Both the position numbers and the translations under genes were made by a program. From positions 1 to 62,368 of the forward strand of contig JBBISH010000023.1 in the NCBI GenBank assembly GCA_037441385.1: 62,368 bases of DNA. The letters are read 5' to 3'. The notes under the pieces were generated by a model. That model was not told the DNA's origin. It saw nothing but the letters and a program-made list of their open reading frames with translations, and did no database searches. The DNA comes from Myxococcales bacterium (GTDB taxonomy: Bacteria; Myxococcota_A; UBA9042). Of the stretch, positions 22,120 to 31,319 are shown piece after piece (the stretch's first letter is position 1; each line of letters opens with the position of its first letter).

Positions 22120-22989
22120 ATGCCCGCCGCCGACCCGACCTTGCCCGAAGCAGCCCTTGCCGCAGTGGCCACCCAGGCCAAGGCGACCGCCAAAGCCATG
22201 ACCGGGCTCGCCAAATCCGCAACTGCGGCCAAGACTGGCGCCATCGGCGACCTGCGCGCGCTGCAGAAGGCCCTGAATGCCGCGAAAGACGCCGCGGGCG
22301 CAATCGGCACCGCCACCGCCGAGTTGCAGCCGCAGGTAGCCCAGCAGTTGGCTGAGTTGGAACGGCTGCAGCGCTTCGAGTTCGCCAAGACCCTGCAAGA
22401 CGCGCTGGCCACCCAAGGCGCGGTGGCCAAGCGCATCAGCGATACGCCGCTTGAATACCGCGCCGGCAAGCTGACGCTGGTGGTCGACTTCAAGGCCGAC
22501 GCCGTGCGCTTTCGCTATGCCCAGTGCGACTTGCCCAACGCCACCGCCACCACCCAGGCGGCCAGCCTGGCGGCGACCTACCGGCGGGCGAGCACCGAAC
22601 TCGATAAGGCCGCCACCAAGCTAGAGGATTTTGGCGTTGCCCTGGAACGGGCCTACCGCGGTCTGCTGGGCAAACGCAAGCTGGGCTTTGGCGAGCGGGT
22701 GGATCTGGTCGAGCTGCACCGCGAGGTGGCGCTGGAGCTGCGGCCCAAGCTGGCCACGGGCGACGCCAAGAGCGCGGCACCCTATACCAAGGCGATGTTT
22801 TCGCACGATGTCGCCCGGTTGCGCGCCACGGGCAAGCTACTGGTCGGCGGCTATCGCATGAGCCTGACCACCGCCACCGGCGGCACCGCGTTCGAGGCCG
22901 ACAAAGTGCTGGTCGTCGAAGACGATGCGGGCGGGCAAAAATACTTGTCGTTCCAACTCGTCGCGCCCCGCAGCGGCGAGTCAGCGTAG
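22120..22989 (+). CDS. Hypothetical protein, first gene of the ATPase-ATPase-helicase operon
   Basis: Helical N-terminus; ends 11 bp upstream of the ATPase gene. Confidence 0.7.
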   Translation: MPAADPTLPEAALAAVATQAKATAKAMTGLAKSATAAKTGAIGDLRALQKALNAAKDAAGAIGTATAELQPQVAQQLAELERLQRFEFAKTLQDALATQGAVAKRISDTPLEYRAGKLTLVVDFKADAVRFRYAQCDLPNATATTQAASLAATYRRASTELDKAATKLEDFGVALERAYRGLLGKRKLGFGERVDLVELHREVALELRPKLATGDAKSAAPYTKAMFSHDVARLRATGKLLVGGYRMSLTTATGGTAFEADKVLVVEDDAGGQKYLSFQLVAPRSGESA

Positions 22990-23000
22990 CCGGAGGCCCC

Positions 23001-24305
23001 ATGCACGCACCCGCCGAGTCCAGCCAGCCGTCGCGCGGTTTGGCCCTGAAGATCCTGGAGCGCATGGGCGAATCGGGCATTCCACCCGAGCGCGGCATCG
23101 GCTGGGTCAACGTGGGCAACGGCGAGCTGCTGGGGGTGCTTGACCGCGAATACCTGGACTTGCAGTTGGGCGAGGCCGGTGGCTCGACCTTCAAGCTGGT
23201 GCAGGCCACCTACGGCGCCGGCAAGACGCACTTCTTGTATTGCCTGCGCGACCGGGCCTGGCAGCGCGGCTACCTCGCGGCGCTGGTCAACCTATCGCCC
23301 AACGAGTGCCCGTTCCACGAGCCGCTGCGGGTGTACGCCAAGGTCGCCGAGGAGCTGGCGATTCACCCGACTGGCGAGCTGGACGACGCCGTCCGCGGCA
23401 TCCCCGAGGTGTTGCGCGCCTTTGTGGATGGCCAGTTGGAGGCCTGGGGCGACGAGGGCCTGCGCGACTGGCTCACTCAGACCCTGCCGCGGATGCCGGT
23501 GGATCGCGTGTCGCTGCGCAAGGTCGCTCAGCGCTTCATGCTCGCCCATTTGGACGGCAACCAAGACGAGTGCGACCTGCTGGAGGCCTGGCTGCTGGCC
23601 CACGAAGGGATCAAAGCGCCCGACGTCAAGCACTTGGGCATCTTCGAGGTGCCCAGCCGCGACAGCGCCATGCCGCTCTTGCGATCGCTCGTCCAGCTGG
23701 TGCGCCACCTGGACTACAAGGGCACGGTGCTGCTGTTCGACGAGGCCGAAAAAACCCTGTCGATTTCCGGCAGCACCCGGGTGCGCGACGCGACCTTGAA
23801 CAACCTGCGCGAGCTCATCGACCTGTGCGGCAAGTCGCAACTGCCGGGGACGATGATGGTCTACGCGGTTACGCCCGAGTTTACCAATCGGGTGATGATG
23901 GATTACCCGGCGCTGAAGCAGCGCATAGGCCACCCGCTGCAGGCCATGAGCGTGCGCAGCCCCAAGGCGCCGCTCATCGACTTGGAGACGCTGGAGATCG
24001 ACGTCTGCGACATGCTGGAGCAGATCGGCCTGCGCTTGGCCGATGTATTCGCTGTGGCCTACCAGCGCCCTGTGACCGCCACCCAGCGCGACAATGCCCA
24101 GACGCTGGCGCAGGCGACGGCCGACACGGCGCTGGAATTCGCCCACCGGCGCCTGTTCGTCAAGACCTGGATCCGCTGGCTCGACGAGCAGCGCCTGGCC
24201 GGCACCGACGCAAAGCTGACGGCGGCCACGGCGCGGCGGCGGCTCCAGACCGAGTTCGAGCAGCTTGAAACTGGCGAAGAGGACGAGGATTTCAGCGATG
24301 TCTAG
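23001..24305 (+). CDS. DUF2791/BrxD-like P-loop ATPase
   Basis: G.PP..G, ATYGAGKTHFL Walker A, LLFDEAE Walker B, YPALKQRI. Confidence 0.85.
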   Translation: MHAPAESSQPSRGLALKILERMGESGIPPERGIGWVNVGNGELLGVLDREYLDLQLGEAGGSTFKLVQATYGAGKTHFLYCLRDRAWQRGYLAALVNLSPNECPFHEPLRVYAKVAEELAIHPTGELDDAVRGIPEVLRAFVDGQLEAWGDEGLRDWLTQTLPRMPVDRVSLRKVAQRFMLAHLDGNQDECDLLEAWLLAHEGIKAPDVKHLGIFEVPSRDSAMPLLRSLVQLVRHLDYKGTVLLFDEAEKTLSISGSTRVRDATLNNLRELIDLCGKSQLPGTMMVYAVTPEFTNRVMMDYPALKQRIGHPLQAMSVRSPKAPLIDLETLEIDVCDMLEQIGLRLADVFAVAYQRPVTATQRDNAQTLAQATADTALEFAHRRLFVKTWIRWLDEQRLAGTDAKLTAATARRRLQTEFEQLETGEEDEDFSDV

Positions 24306-24356
24306 TCCAACGCCATTCTCCGGGGCGCGAGGCCTACGCACGCAGAAGGGCGCCCG

Positions 24357-25802
24357 ATGAACCCTGGCTTGCGCGTCTGCCACCCGCGCCACGGCGTAGG
24401 GACCGTGCGCATGCGCTTGGGCCGCGAGGTGTTGGTGCACTTCGACGCCAAGCCGGGGCCCGCGCTGAGGGTGTTCTACACCGAGCTGGTGCCGTTCGTG
24501 CCGGGGTCGCCGCGCGAGGCCGCAGGGTCGATCGCTTCGCCCAGCGCAGCCGAGTCGCCCCGCGACACCCGCGTGTCGGACATGCGCCTGCTGGAAGCCT
24601 TGCGGATGGGCGTGGTGCCACACGACAACGCCGACGCCTATACCGTGGGCCGCGCGCCGGTCCTGGCTCAGTTGCGGAGTGACTTGCGCGGCTTGCGCGA
24701 CTACCAATACGGCGCGTTTCGCGTGGTGATGGGCGACTACGGCACCGGCAAGACCCACCTGCTCGAGTGGCTGCGCGAGACGGCGCTGGCCCAGAACTTC
24801 TTGGTGGCCAACGCGACGCTGGGGGCGGGCGACGCCTCGCCGGCGCAGCCCAAACGCCTGTATCGCGCCCTAGTTCAGGGCCTGTGCTATCCCGACGCCG
24901 AGGGCGATAGCCCAGGTTTGCGGCCCCTGTTCGAGCGCCTGGTGCAGACCCGCGGCAAGCCCAAGTCCAGCACACTGCCGGGCTACCACAAGTACCTGGA
25001 CGCAGTGGCGTTCTTGTTCAGCAAGCTCGATCTCGCCGACCAGCCGCCCAGTGAGACGCTCCAGGCGCTGCTCGACTGGATCGAGGGCCACCCCAGCGGC
25101 GACAACCAGGACTGGAATCAGCTGCTGCGGCGGCAGGTGCTGGGCGCGCCCTACCTGTACGCCCTGGCGGATTATCGTACTTTTGCCCATGTCTATGCCT
25201 ACTTGCTTGGCGGTATCGCGGTGCTGGCGCGCGAGTGTGGCTGGTCGGGTCTGGTGCTCTTGCTTGACGAAGCCGACCGCTACAGCGTCTTGAGCCAGCA
25301 CAACCGCGAGTTTGCCGACAACGTTTTTCGCTGCTATGCGCTGGCGGCCCTGGGCCCGAGCGGGGTCAAGTTCCGCGCCGACGCCATCCGCAGCGGCGGC
25401 CACCGCGTGCATCGCGACGTCCCGGTGCAGCACGCCGCGCGCCAGCCGCTGATGTGCGTGTTTTGCATCACGCCGTCGGGGGCCGGTGGGCTGACGGCGC
25501 TGGGCCAGTGCGTGGACCTGGACCGCTACCTGATCGAACTGGGGCCGCTGACGACGGACGACTACCGCGACCTGGTGGTGCGGGTGGCGCTGCTCTTCGA
25601 CCGGTTGCACCCCGGCTGCGCGCCGTCGCCGGCCTCGCTGCAGCGGGTCGCCCAGCACCTGGCGCGCGGAGCCCAGCGTGGCGCCATCCACAACCCGCGC
25701 GCCGCCATCCGCATGGTGGTGGAGTACTTGGACATCCAGCGGTTGCGGCCCGAGCTGGCACCGGAATGGCTGAGCGAGTTGGGCCAGATTCTGGGGGCCT
25801 GA
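24357..25802 (+). CDS. DUF2791/BrxD-like ATPase with N-terminal Tudor-like domain
   Basis: RVCHPRHGVGTV N-terminus; EALRMGVVP, GDYGTGKTH and LLLDEAD motifs. Confidence 0.85.
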   Translation: MNPGLRVCHPRHGVGTVRMRLGREVLVHFDAKPGPALRVFYTELVPFVPGSPREAAGSIASPSAAESPRDTRVSDMRLLEALRMGVVPHDNADAYTVGRAPVLAQLRSDLRGLRDYQYGAFRVVMGDYGTGKTHLLEWLRETALAQNFLVANATLGAGDASPAQPKRLYRALVQGLCYPDAEGDSPGLRPLFERLVQTRGKPKSSTLPGYHKYLDAVAFLFSKLDLADQPPSETLQALLDWIEGHPSGDNQDWNQLLRRQVLGAPYLYALADYRTFAHVYAYLLGGIAVLARECGWSGLVLLLDEADRYSVLSQHNREFADNVFRCYALAALGPSGVKFRADAIRSGGHRVHRDVPVQHAARQPLMCVFCITPSGAGGLTALGQCVDLDRYLIELGPLTTDDYRDLVVRVALLFDRLHPGCAPSPASLQRVAQHLARGAQRGAIHNPRAAIRMVVEYLDIQRLRPELAPEWLSELGQILGA

Positions 25803-25806
25803 ACCC

Positions 25807-27939
25807 ATGGCCACGCCCACCGATTCCGTGCCGGACCGCGATCCGGCGGGCCAAAGCCTGGGCTCGCCTGGATCCGCCCGCCACGCCCGCTTTTCCCAAG
25901 CCTTGGCCGTCCGCGCCCACTTGCCACTGAGTTGGCCGGCGTTTTTTGCCCGCCATGGTGACGTGTTGCCGGTGCAAGCCGCGGCGATCCCGGTGATCCT
26001 GGGTGGCGGCGACGTGCTGGTCTGCGCACCGACCGCGGGCGGCAAGACCGAAGCGGTGGCCGCGCCGTTGCTCGAACGCGCGCTGACCCAGAAGTGGGCG
26101 CCGTTGGCCATCGCAATGGTGTCGCCGACGCGGGCGCTGGTCAACGACCTGTATCGCCGGCTGCAAGGGCCCTTGGCCGCGCTGGGCGCAACGCTGGGCC
26201 GCCGCACGTCCGACCATCGCGAGCGCGTAGCCGACAAGCCACCGCTGCTGCTGCTGACCACACCCGAGTCGATCGATTCGCTGCTGGTGCGCCACCCCCA
26301 GGCGCTGGTGGGCTTGCGGGCCCTGGTGCTCGACGAGATCCACTGCCTGCACGGCGGTCCGCGCGGCGACCAACTGGCAGTGCTGGTGGCGCGCCTGCGC
26401 AAGCTGACCGCAGAACACGCGCCCCACGGCACCCCGGCGCTGCAGGTCGTCGCACTCTCGGCCACGCTGGCCGACCCGGTCGCCGTGGCCCAACGCTATC
26501 TGCACGACGGACAGGTGCTGCGGGTGCCGGGTCAGCGGGCCATCCACGCCACCTTGGGCCGCTTTGGCGCCGCCGAGACCTTTGCCCCGTTGCTCGCCGA
26601 CTCCGCAGTGGCCCAAAATGCCCGCAAAGTCCTGGTGTTTGTCAACCGCCGCCAAGACGTGGAGGCCATCGCCGTGGCCCTGCGCGGCCGGTTGCCGTTT
26701 GGCGAGAACGTGTTTGCCCACCACGGCAGCCTGCGCAAGGCCGAGCGCGAGCGCACCGAGCAGGCCTTCTTGGACGCCGGCCGCGCGGTGTGTGTCGCCA
26801 CGACTACGCTGGAATTGGGCATCGATATTGGCGATATCGACCTGATCGCCCTGGCCGATCCGCCCGCCGACGTGCAGTCCTTCCTGCAGCGCATTGGCCG
26901 TGGCAATCGGCGGCGCCGCGACGGTTGCCGGGTGTTGCTGGGCTGGCGCAGCGAGGGGTTGCTGGAGCTGCAGCGGTTTCTGTTGCAGAGCGCCCAGCGC
27001 GGTGAGCTGCACGGCGACCTGGTGCCGTTTCGGCCGTCGATTCTCGTGCAGCAGGCGCTGTCGCTGCTGTACCAGAATCCCCAGCGTTTCGTGACCGTGC
27101 GGGCCCTGCGGGCGCGGTTGCCGGGCTGGCTGGCTGCCGCCCATGCCGACGCCGATCTGCAGGCCCTGCTGGACCAGGCCGCGGCGACGGGTTGGCTGCA
27201 CGCGGTCTTTGGACAGGCGCGCTACGGCGTGACCGACGCGAGCGAGCGGTTGTTTGAGCGCGGCGAACTGCATGGCAACTTGGCGTCGGAGCCGGCCGGC
27301 GTGGAGGTGGTCGACGACGCCACCGGGGCCGTGCTGGGTCAGGTTGGAGGGGGCACGCTGGTGCAACCGGGCGACAAGCTGACCTTTGGCGGCCGCACCC
27401 ACAAGGTGGCCCAGGCCGGCGCTGGTCGCGTGCGGGTACAACTGGGCGCCAAGGGCCAAGCGCTGCCGATCTTTGCGCCGCGCGGCCGGCCGGTGGTAGC
27501 GGGGGCGCAGGCGCGGGCGTTTGCCGACTACTTGGGCCTGGCCCCGACGGAGGCGCCCGTGCTGCCCCTGTCGGGCGGGGCGTGCCTGTTCCATTTTCGC
27601 GGTTCGCTGGTGGGCGAGGTCTTGGCGGCGTTTGCCAGCCACACGCTGGGCGCCGGGCAGGTGCGCGCCGGGGGGTATTCGCTGGTGTATACTGGCTGCG
27701 ACGCGGTGTGGCGCCCGCCGACGTTGGGCGAGCTGCAAGCCATTCTGGCCCACCAGGCCGCGCGGCTGTGGTCGGTGCTGCAACCGGGGCCTTTTGCCAA
27801 CGCGGTACCGGCCGCACTGGTCGAGCGTTGGCTGGCCGAGGCCTTGGACCTGCCGGCGCTGGTCAAGGATCTGGCGACCTTGACGGCCTGTGACGCGGGC
27901 GCGCGCGCCCAGGTGCTCGCGGGGCTGGTGGGGCGGTAG
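25807..27939 (+). CDS. Lhr-like SF2 DEAD/DEAH helicase
   Basis: PTAGGKTEA, TTPES, DEIH, LSATL, HHGSL, TLELGIDIG and QRIGRGNRR motifs. Confidence 0.9.
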   Translation: MATPTDSVPDRDPAGQSLGSPGSARHARFSQALAVRAHLPLSWPAFFARHGDVLPVQAAAIPVILGGGDVLVCAPTAGGKTEAVAAPLLERALTQKWAPLAIAMVSPTRALVNDLYRRLQGPLAALGATLGRRTSDHRERVADKPPLLLLTTPESIDSLLVRHPQALVGLRALVLDEIHCLHGGPRGDQLAVLVARLRKLTAEHAPHGTPALQVVALSATLADPVAVAQRYLHDGQVLRVPGQRAIHATLGRFGAAETFAPLLADSAVAQNARKVLVFVNRRQDVEAIAVALRGRLPFGENVFAHHGSLRKAERERTEQAFLDAGRAVCVATTTLELGIDIGDIDLIALADPPADVQSFLQRIGRGNRRRRDGCRVLLGWRSEGLLELQRFLLQSAQRGELHGDLVPFRPSILVQQALSLLYQNPQRFVTVRALRARLPGWLAAAHADADLQALLDQAAATGWLHAVFGQARYGVTDASERLFERGELHGNLASEPAGVEVVDDATGAVLGQVGGGTLVQPGDKLTFGGRTHKVAQAGAGRVRVQLGAKGQALPIFAPRGRPVVAGAQARAFADYLGLAPTEAPVLPLSGGACLFHFRGSLVGEVLAAFASHTLGAGQVRAGGYSLVYTGCDAVWRPPTLGELQAILAHQAARLWSVLQPGPFANAVPAALVERWLAEALDLPALVKDLATLTACDAGARAQVLAGLVGR

Positions 27940-28049
27940 GGGCGCGGTGGTGGCTGTGGTTGGGGGTGCGTGCACGGCTGTTTTCGAGCGATGAACTGTG
28001 CGCGACTTCGACAGGCCGGCAAGAAACCTGCGTAGGTTTGACTGGATGT

Positions 28050-28077
28050 GGACAAGTTGCGGCGCCGCAACTTCCGT
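28050..28077. repeat. Island palindromic site 7 (GGACAAGTTGC GGCGCC GCAACTTCCGT)
   Basis: Between convergent genes; left flank CGGCAAGAAA...GTAGGTTTG. Confidence 0.9.
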
Positions 28078-28124
28078 CGTTTTGCCGGTGCGCGCCGACC
28101 TCTGGCGTCTGCGGCAGCAGCGCC

Positions 28125-29342
28125 CTACACCCAGCCAACCGGCACTGCCGTGGCCTCCGGCCCCAAAGCGAGTGGTGCGCGAACCAAACACAAAAGACAG
28201 GCATGACCAAGCGGCTGAGCGCCCTTCGCCAGCGCCGCCAGCCCGCGCAGGTCTGCCACCAGCGGCGTGGCCGAGCGCTTGACCTCCATGGGATACAGCG
28301 TGCCGTCGCGGTGGACCACCAAGTCCAGCTCGCGGCCGTCTTTGTCGCGCACGTGGTAGAGCTGCACCGACCGGCCCGCGTGCCACCAGCTGCGCAGCAC
28401 CTCGCCCACGGCCCACGACTCCAGGATGGCCCCCGCCAACGCGCCCTGCTGCAGGGTCTGCGGGCTGCTCCACCCACCCAGCCAGGCACACAGACCCGTG
28501 TCGAGCATGTGCAGTTTGGGGGCCTTGACCAGCCGACTGGTCGCGCTGCTGTGCCACGGCGGCAGCAACGTGACGAGTCCCGACGTCTCCAGGATCGAGA
28601 GCCACGCCTTGGCGGTGTTGGGCGCCACGTCGGCATCGCGGGCAAGGTTTGCCAGATTCAGAAGTTGCGCTGTGCGGCTGGCGACGGCCCGCAGAAACCG
28701 CAGGAAGGCCATCTCGTCGCCCACCCTGGCCAGATCCCGCAAATCGCGCTGCAGATAGGTTTGCACATAACTGGCGTAGAAGCGATCCCAGTCCAGCTCG
28801 GGCCGGGCACACAGCGCCGGAAAACTGCCGCGCCAAATCAGCTCGTAGAGGGCCGTGGCATCGGCCGGTGCGCCGAGCGGCGGAGGTGCCACGGAGCGGC
28901 CCGGAAGGAACGGCGTCGCGCCCTGACCCTGACCCAGACGCTCGCGTACCGACAGACCGAGCAGCGGAAAGATTGCCACACGCCCGGCGAGCGACTCCGA
29001 CACATGGCGCATCAAGTGAAACTGCTGAGAACCCGACAGCCAATACTGCCCCGCAGTGCCATCGCGATCCACCGCCATCTTCAGGTGCGGCAGCAGTTCA
29101 GGCGCATACTGGAATTCGTCGATCGTCAGCGGTGGCTGCCACTCGCGCAGAAACTGGGCTGGATTCTGCCGAGCGAGCTGCAGCAGGTTGGGGTCGTCGA
29201 GGGTGACGACCTGCCGGTTCCCGCCACTGGCCCGGTGCAGCAGCGTCGACTTGCCCACTTGTCGCGCACCCGTGACGAGGACGACAGGGGCTCCGTGAGC
29301 GCCGGTCGACAGAATTGTTTCTAATGTTCTAGTAAGTTGCAT
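28125..29342 (-). CDS. AAA_14 ATPase with DUF4143 (PD-(D/E)XK-like) C-terminus
   Basis: GARQVGKST, IDEFQ, ESLAGR, GSFP, KAPKL..LDTG and ELDLV...EVK motifs. Confidence 0.9.
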   Translation of the reverse strand: MQLTRTLETILSTGAHGAPVVLVTGARQVGKSTLLHRASGGNRQVVTLDDPNLLQLARQNPAQFLREWQPPLTIDEFQYAPELLPHLKMAVDRDGTAGQYWLSGSQQFHLMRHVSESLAGRVAIFPLLGLSVRERLGQGQGATPFLPGRSVAPPPLGAPADATALYELIWRGSFPALCARPELDWDRFYASYVQTYLQRDLRDLARVGDEMAFLRFLRAVASRTAQLLNLANLARDADVAPNTAKAWLSILETSGLVTLLPPWHSSATSRLVKAPKLHMLDTGLCAWLGGWSSPQTLQQGALAGAILESWAVGEVLRSWWHAGRSVQLYHVRDKDGRELDLVVHRDGTLYPMEVKRSATPLVADLRGLAALAKGAQPLGHACLLCLVRAPLALGPEATAVPVGWV

Positions 29343-29573
29343 GGGGTTTCGGCCAAAGTGCAGTCTGCTTGCATTTTGGCCGAATTTGTCGGAATGGGCA
29401 AGGGGGTTCGCGGGGTTGGGTGCAGGCGATAGGGGGTGGTCGTGGAGGTCGGCTGGGGGGCGGATGCGCTGTGGGAGGCCGCGCTGTCTCCCTGCGCGGT
29501 CGTACCGCTGATGCGAACGGAAATAGCGCGCGATCGATCTGGTGAAAAATAGGATTGATTTTAGACTGTTGGG

Positions 29574-29601
29574 ATACAAGTTGCGGCGCCGCAACTTCCT
29601 C
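29574..29601. repeat. Island palindromic site 8 (ATACAAGTTGC GGCGCC GCAACTTCCTC)
   Basis: Between divergent genes. Confidence 0.9.
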
Positions 29602-29788
29602 GCGGTCGTTGTGCCGCCACGGTGCCGAACCGCGGACTCGGCGGATACCGAGAAGCGAGCTCCGGCCAGCCGTGTTTGAACGCGACAAGCTGTGTCGGAT
29701 TGCCTAAGCCATGTCGCGGCGCCTGCTTGACCTGGTGGTAGCGCGGCGGTACTGGCTGCAGGAACCGACGTTGCGGAGACCGGCCCAG

Positions 29789-30322
29789 ATGCAGCAACCC
29801 CCAAAGACCAGCCCGTCGCTGCCGACCGTGCGTCGCCGCTGGTGGCTGGCTGGCGTGGTGGCGCTGGTCCTGGCCGCCGTCGTTGGGTTCTTTGTGTTGC
29901 GCTCGCCGCCCAGCCAGGCCGCGCGGGTGGTGGCCGTGGCCGATGGCGACACCGCGACCGCGCTGGTTGCCGGTGAGAGGGTCAAGATCCGTCTGTGGGG
30001 AATTGATGCTCCAGAGTCGAGCCAGGAGCACGGTGGCGAGGCCAAGGCGGCGCTTGCGGAACTGGTTATGGGGCGCGAGGTCGAAATCGACGACCGCGGT
30101 GACGACAAGTACGGGCGGCGGCTGGCGGTCCTGCGGGTCGCGGGTGAGTCGGTCAACACGCGGATGGTGCAGCTGGGTTGGGCTTGGTGGTATCAGCGGT
30201 ATGCGCCGAGAGATCGGGAGTTGCGGGCGGCGGAGGAGGCGGCGCGGCAGGGGAAAGTCGGGTTGTGGGCGGAGGCGGCGCCGGTGGCGCCTTGGGTGTT
30301 TCGGCATCGAGGGCGGCCGTGA
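29789..30322 (+). CDS. Thermonuclease (SNase) with N-terminal membrane anchor
   Basis: VADGDT, IRLWGIDAPE, DKYGRRLA and GLW motifs. Confidence 0.9.
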   Translation: MQQPPKTSPSLPTVRRRWWLAGVVALVLAAVVGFFVLRSPPSQAARVVAVADGDTATALVAGERVKIRLWGIDAPESSQEHGGEAKAALAELVMGREVEIDDRGDDKYGRRLAVLRVAGESVNTRMVQLGWAWWYQRYAPRDRELRAAEEAARQGKVGLWAEAAPVAPWVFRHRGRP

Positions 30323-30380
30323 CTTCTCCGTCACGATGCGTCCTTGGCGCACCGGCAGCTCTTGGGTAGAGTCCGGGGCC

Positions 30381-31319
30381 ATGTCCAGACGTCGTCGCCA
30401 CAGCACGTCGAGCGCCCACGGTGAAACCGAGGTATGGCCGGCGTATGTCGACGTGCTGTCGGCCGCGTTTGTCTTTGTGCTGCTGGCGTTTGCGGCGTTG
30501 TTGACTCGGGATGTTGCCCAAGAGGATGACCGAAACGCGGCTCACGCTAGGAAGGTGCAAGACGATTCCGACTTCAGGACGAAACAGGACGAGTGGCTCC
30601 GCAACGGCGCGCAAGCAGTAAGGGACGCGGCCGAGGGGATGAGGGACGACCTCAAGCCGGTAGGCCTTGCTGGTGCATGTACGTTGCCCGATGCGACCCA
30701 GCTTAGCTTGAATCCGTTGCTTGTGGCGTCTTTTTCGGAGAAGCAACTTGAGCTTGACCCGGACCACCGACATCCAGTCACGTTGGTCTGCACGTTCTCT
30801 GAAAACGCTCTCCGTTTTGCGAAGGGTAAGGAGGAGCCTGAACCGCCAAGCAAGCGCGAGTTTGTGCCAAAGCTTCAAGGTTTGGCGACGCGGTCCGCCA
30901 ATCGACGCTGCCAGGCAGCGACCGACAGGCCATCGTGGTGTTGCGCCGGGCTCGAAGTAGTGGGCCATTCCGACTGCCAGCCGTTGCCAGACGACTCAAA
31001 GACCAACTGGGAACTGAGTACGAACCGTGCAGACTGGGTACTTCGCCAGATGGTCTCGGACCTTACAGTTGATCAACTCCGCCAACGGGAGTTTCGCCTC
31101 GGGGCAAGTGGCCGGGCTGACCGAGAGCCTCGCGTGGACACGTCAGCGATTTGCGCCGATAAAGGCAACCTAAAGCGCATACTTGCAGGCCCCGATTCTG
31201 AAGAGAAACGTGTGGTAGACTCTACGCTTAGCCAGAATCGGCGGGTCGAAGTGCTGATCTTCTTGCGCACCAAGGCTCTTGAGCCGCGCCCGATGCGGCC
31301 ACCAGGGATGGCTCCATGA
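30381..31319 (+). CDS. zorB: ZorB-like MotB/OmpA-domain protein
   Basis: WPAYVD + TM helix; GHSD, NWELSTNRA and NRRVEV peptidoglycan-binding motifs. Confidence 0.8.
   Translation: MSRRRRHSTSSAHGETEVWPAYVDVLSAAFVFVLLAFAALLTRDVAQEDDRNAAHARKVQDDSDFRTKQDEWLRNGAQAVRDAAEGMRDDLKPVGLAGACTLPDATQLSLNPLLVASFSEKQLELDPDHRHPVTLVCTFSENALRFAKGKEEPEPPSKREFVPKLQGLATRSANRRCQAATDRPSWCCAGLEVVGHSDCQPLPDDSKTNWELSTNRADWVLRQMVSDLTVDQLRQREFRLGASGRADREPRVDTSAICADKGNLKRILAGPDSEEKRVVDSTLSQNRRVEVLIFLRTKALEPRPMRPPGMAP

Noticed and set aside
25468..29043. 1191-aa minus-strand ORF and other long antisense ORFs (5416-7365, 41617-44523, 44147-46390)
   Set aside because: Shadow frames of real high-GC genes; no motifs.
29883..30380. 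N-terminal extension of zorB
   Set aside because: It overlaps the thermonuclease in another frame; the MotB-like N-terminus starts at 30381.
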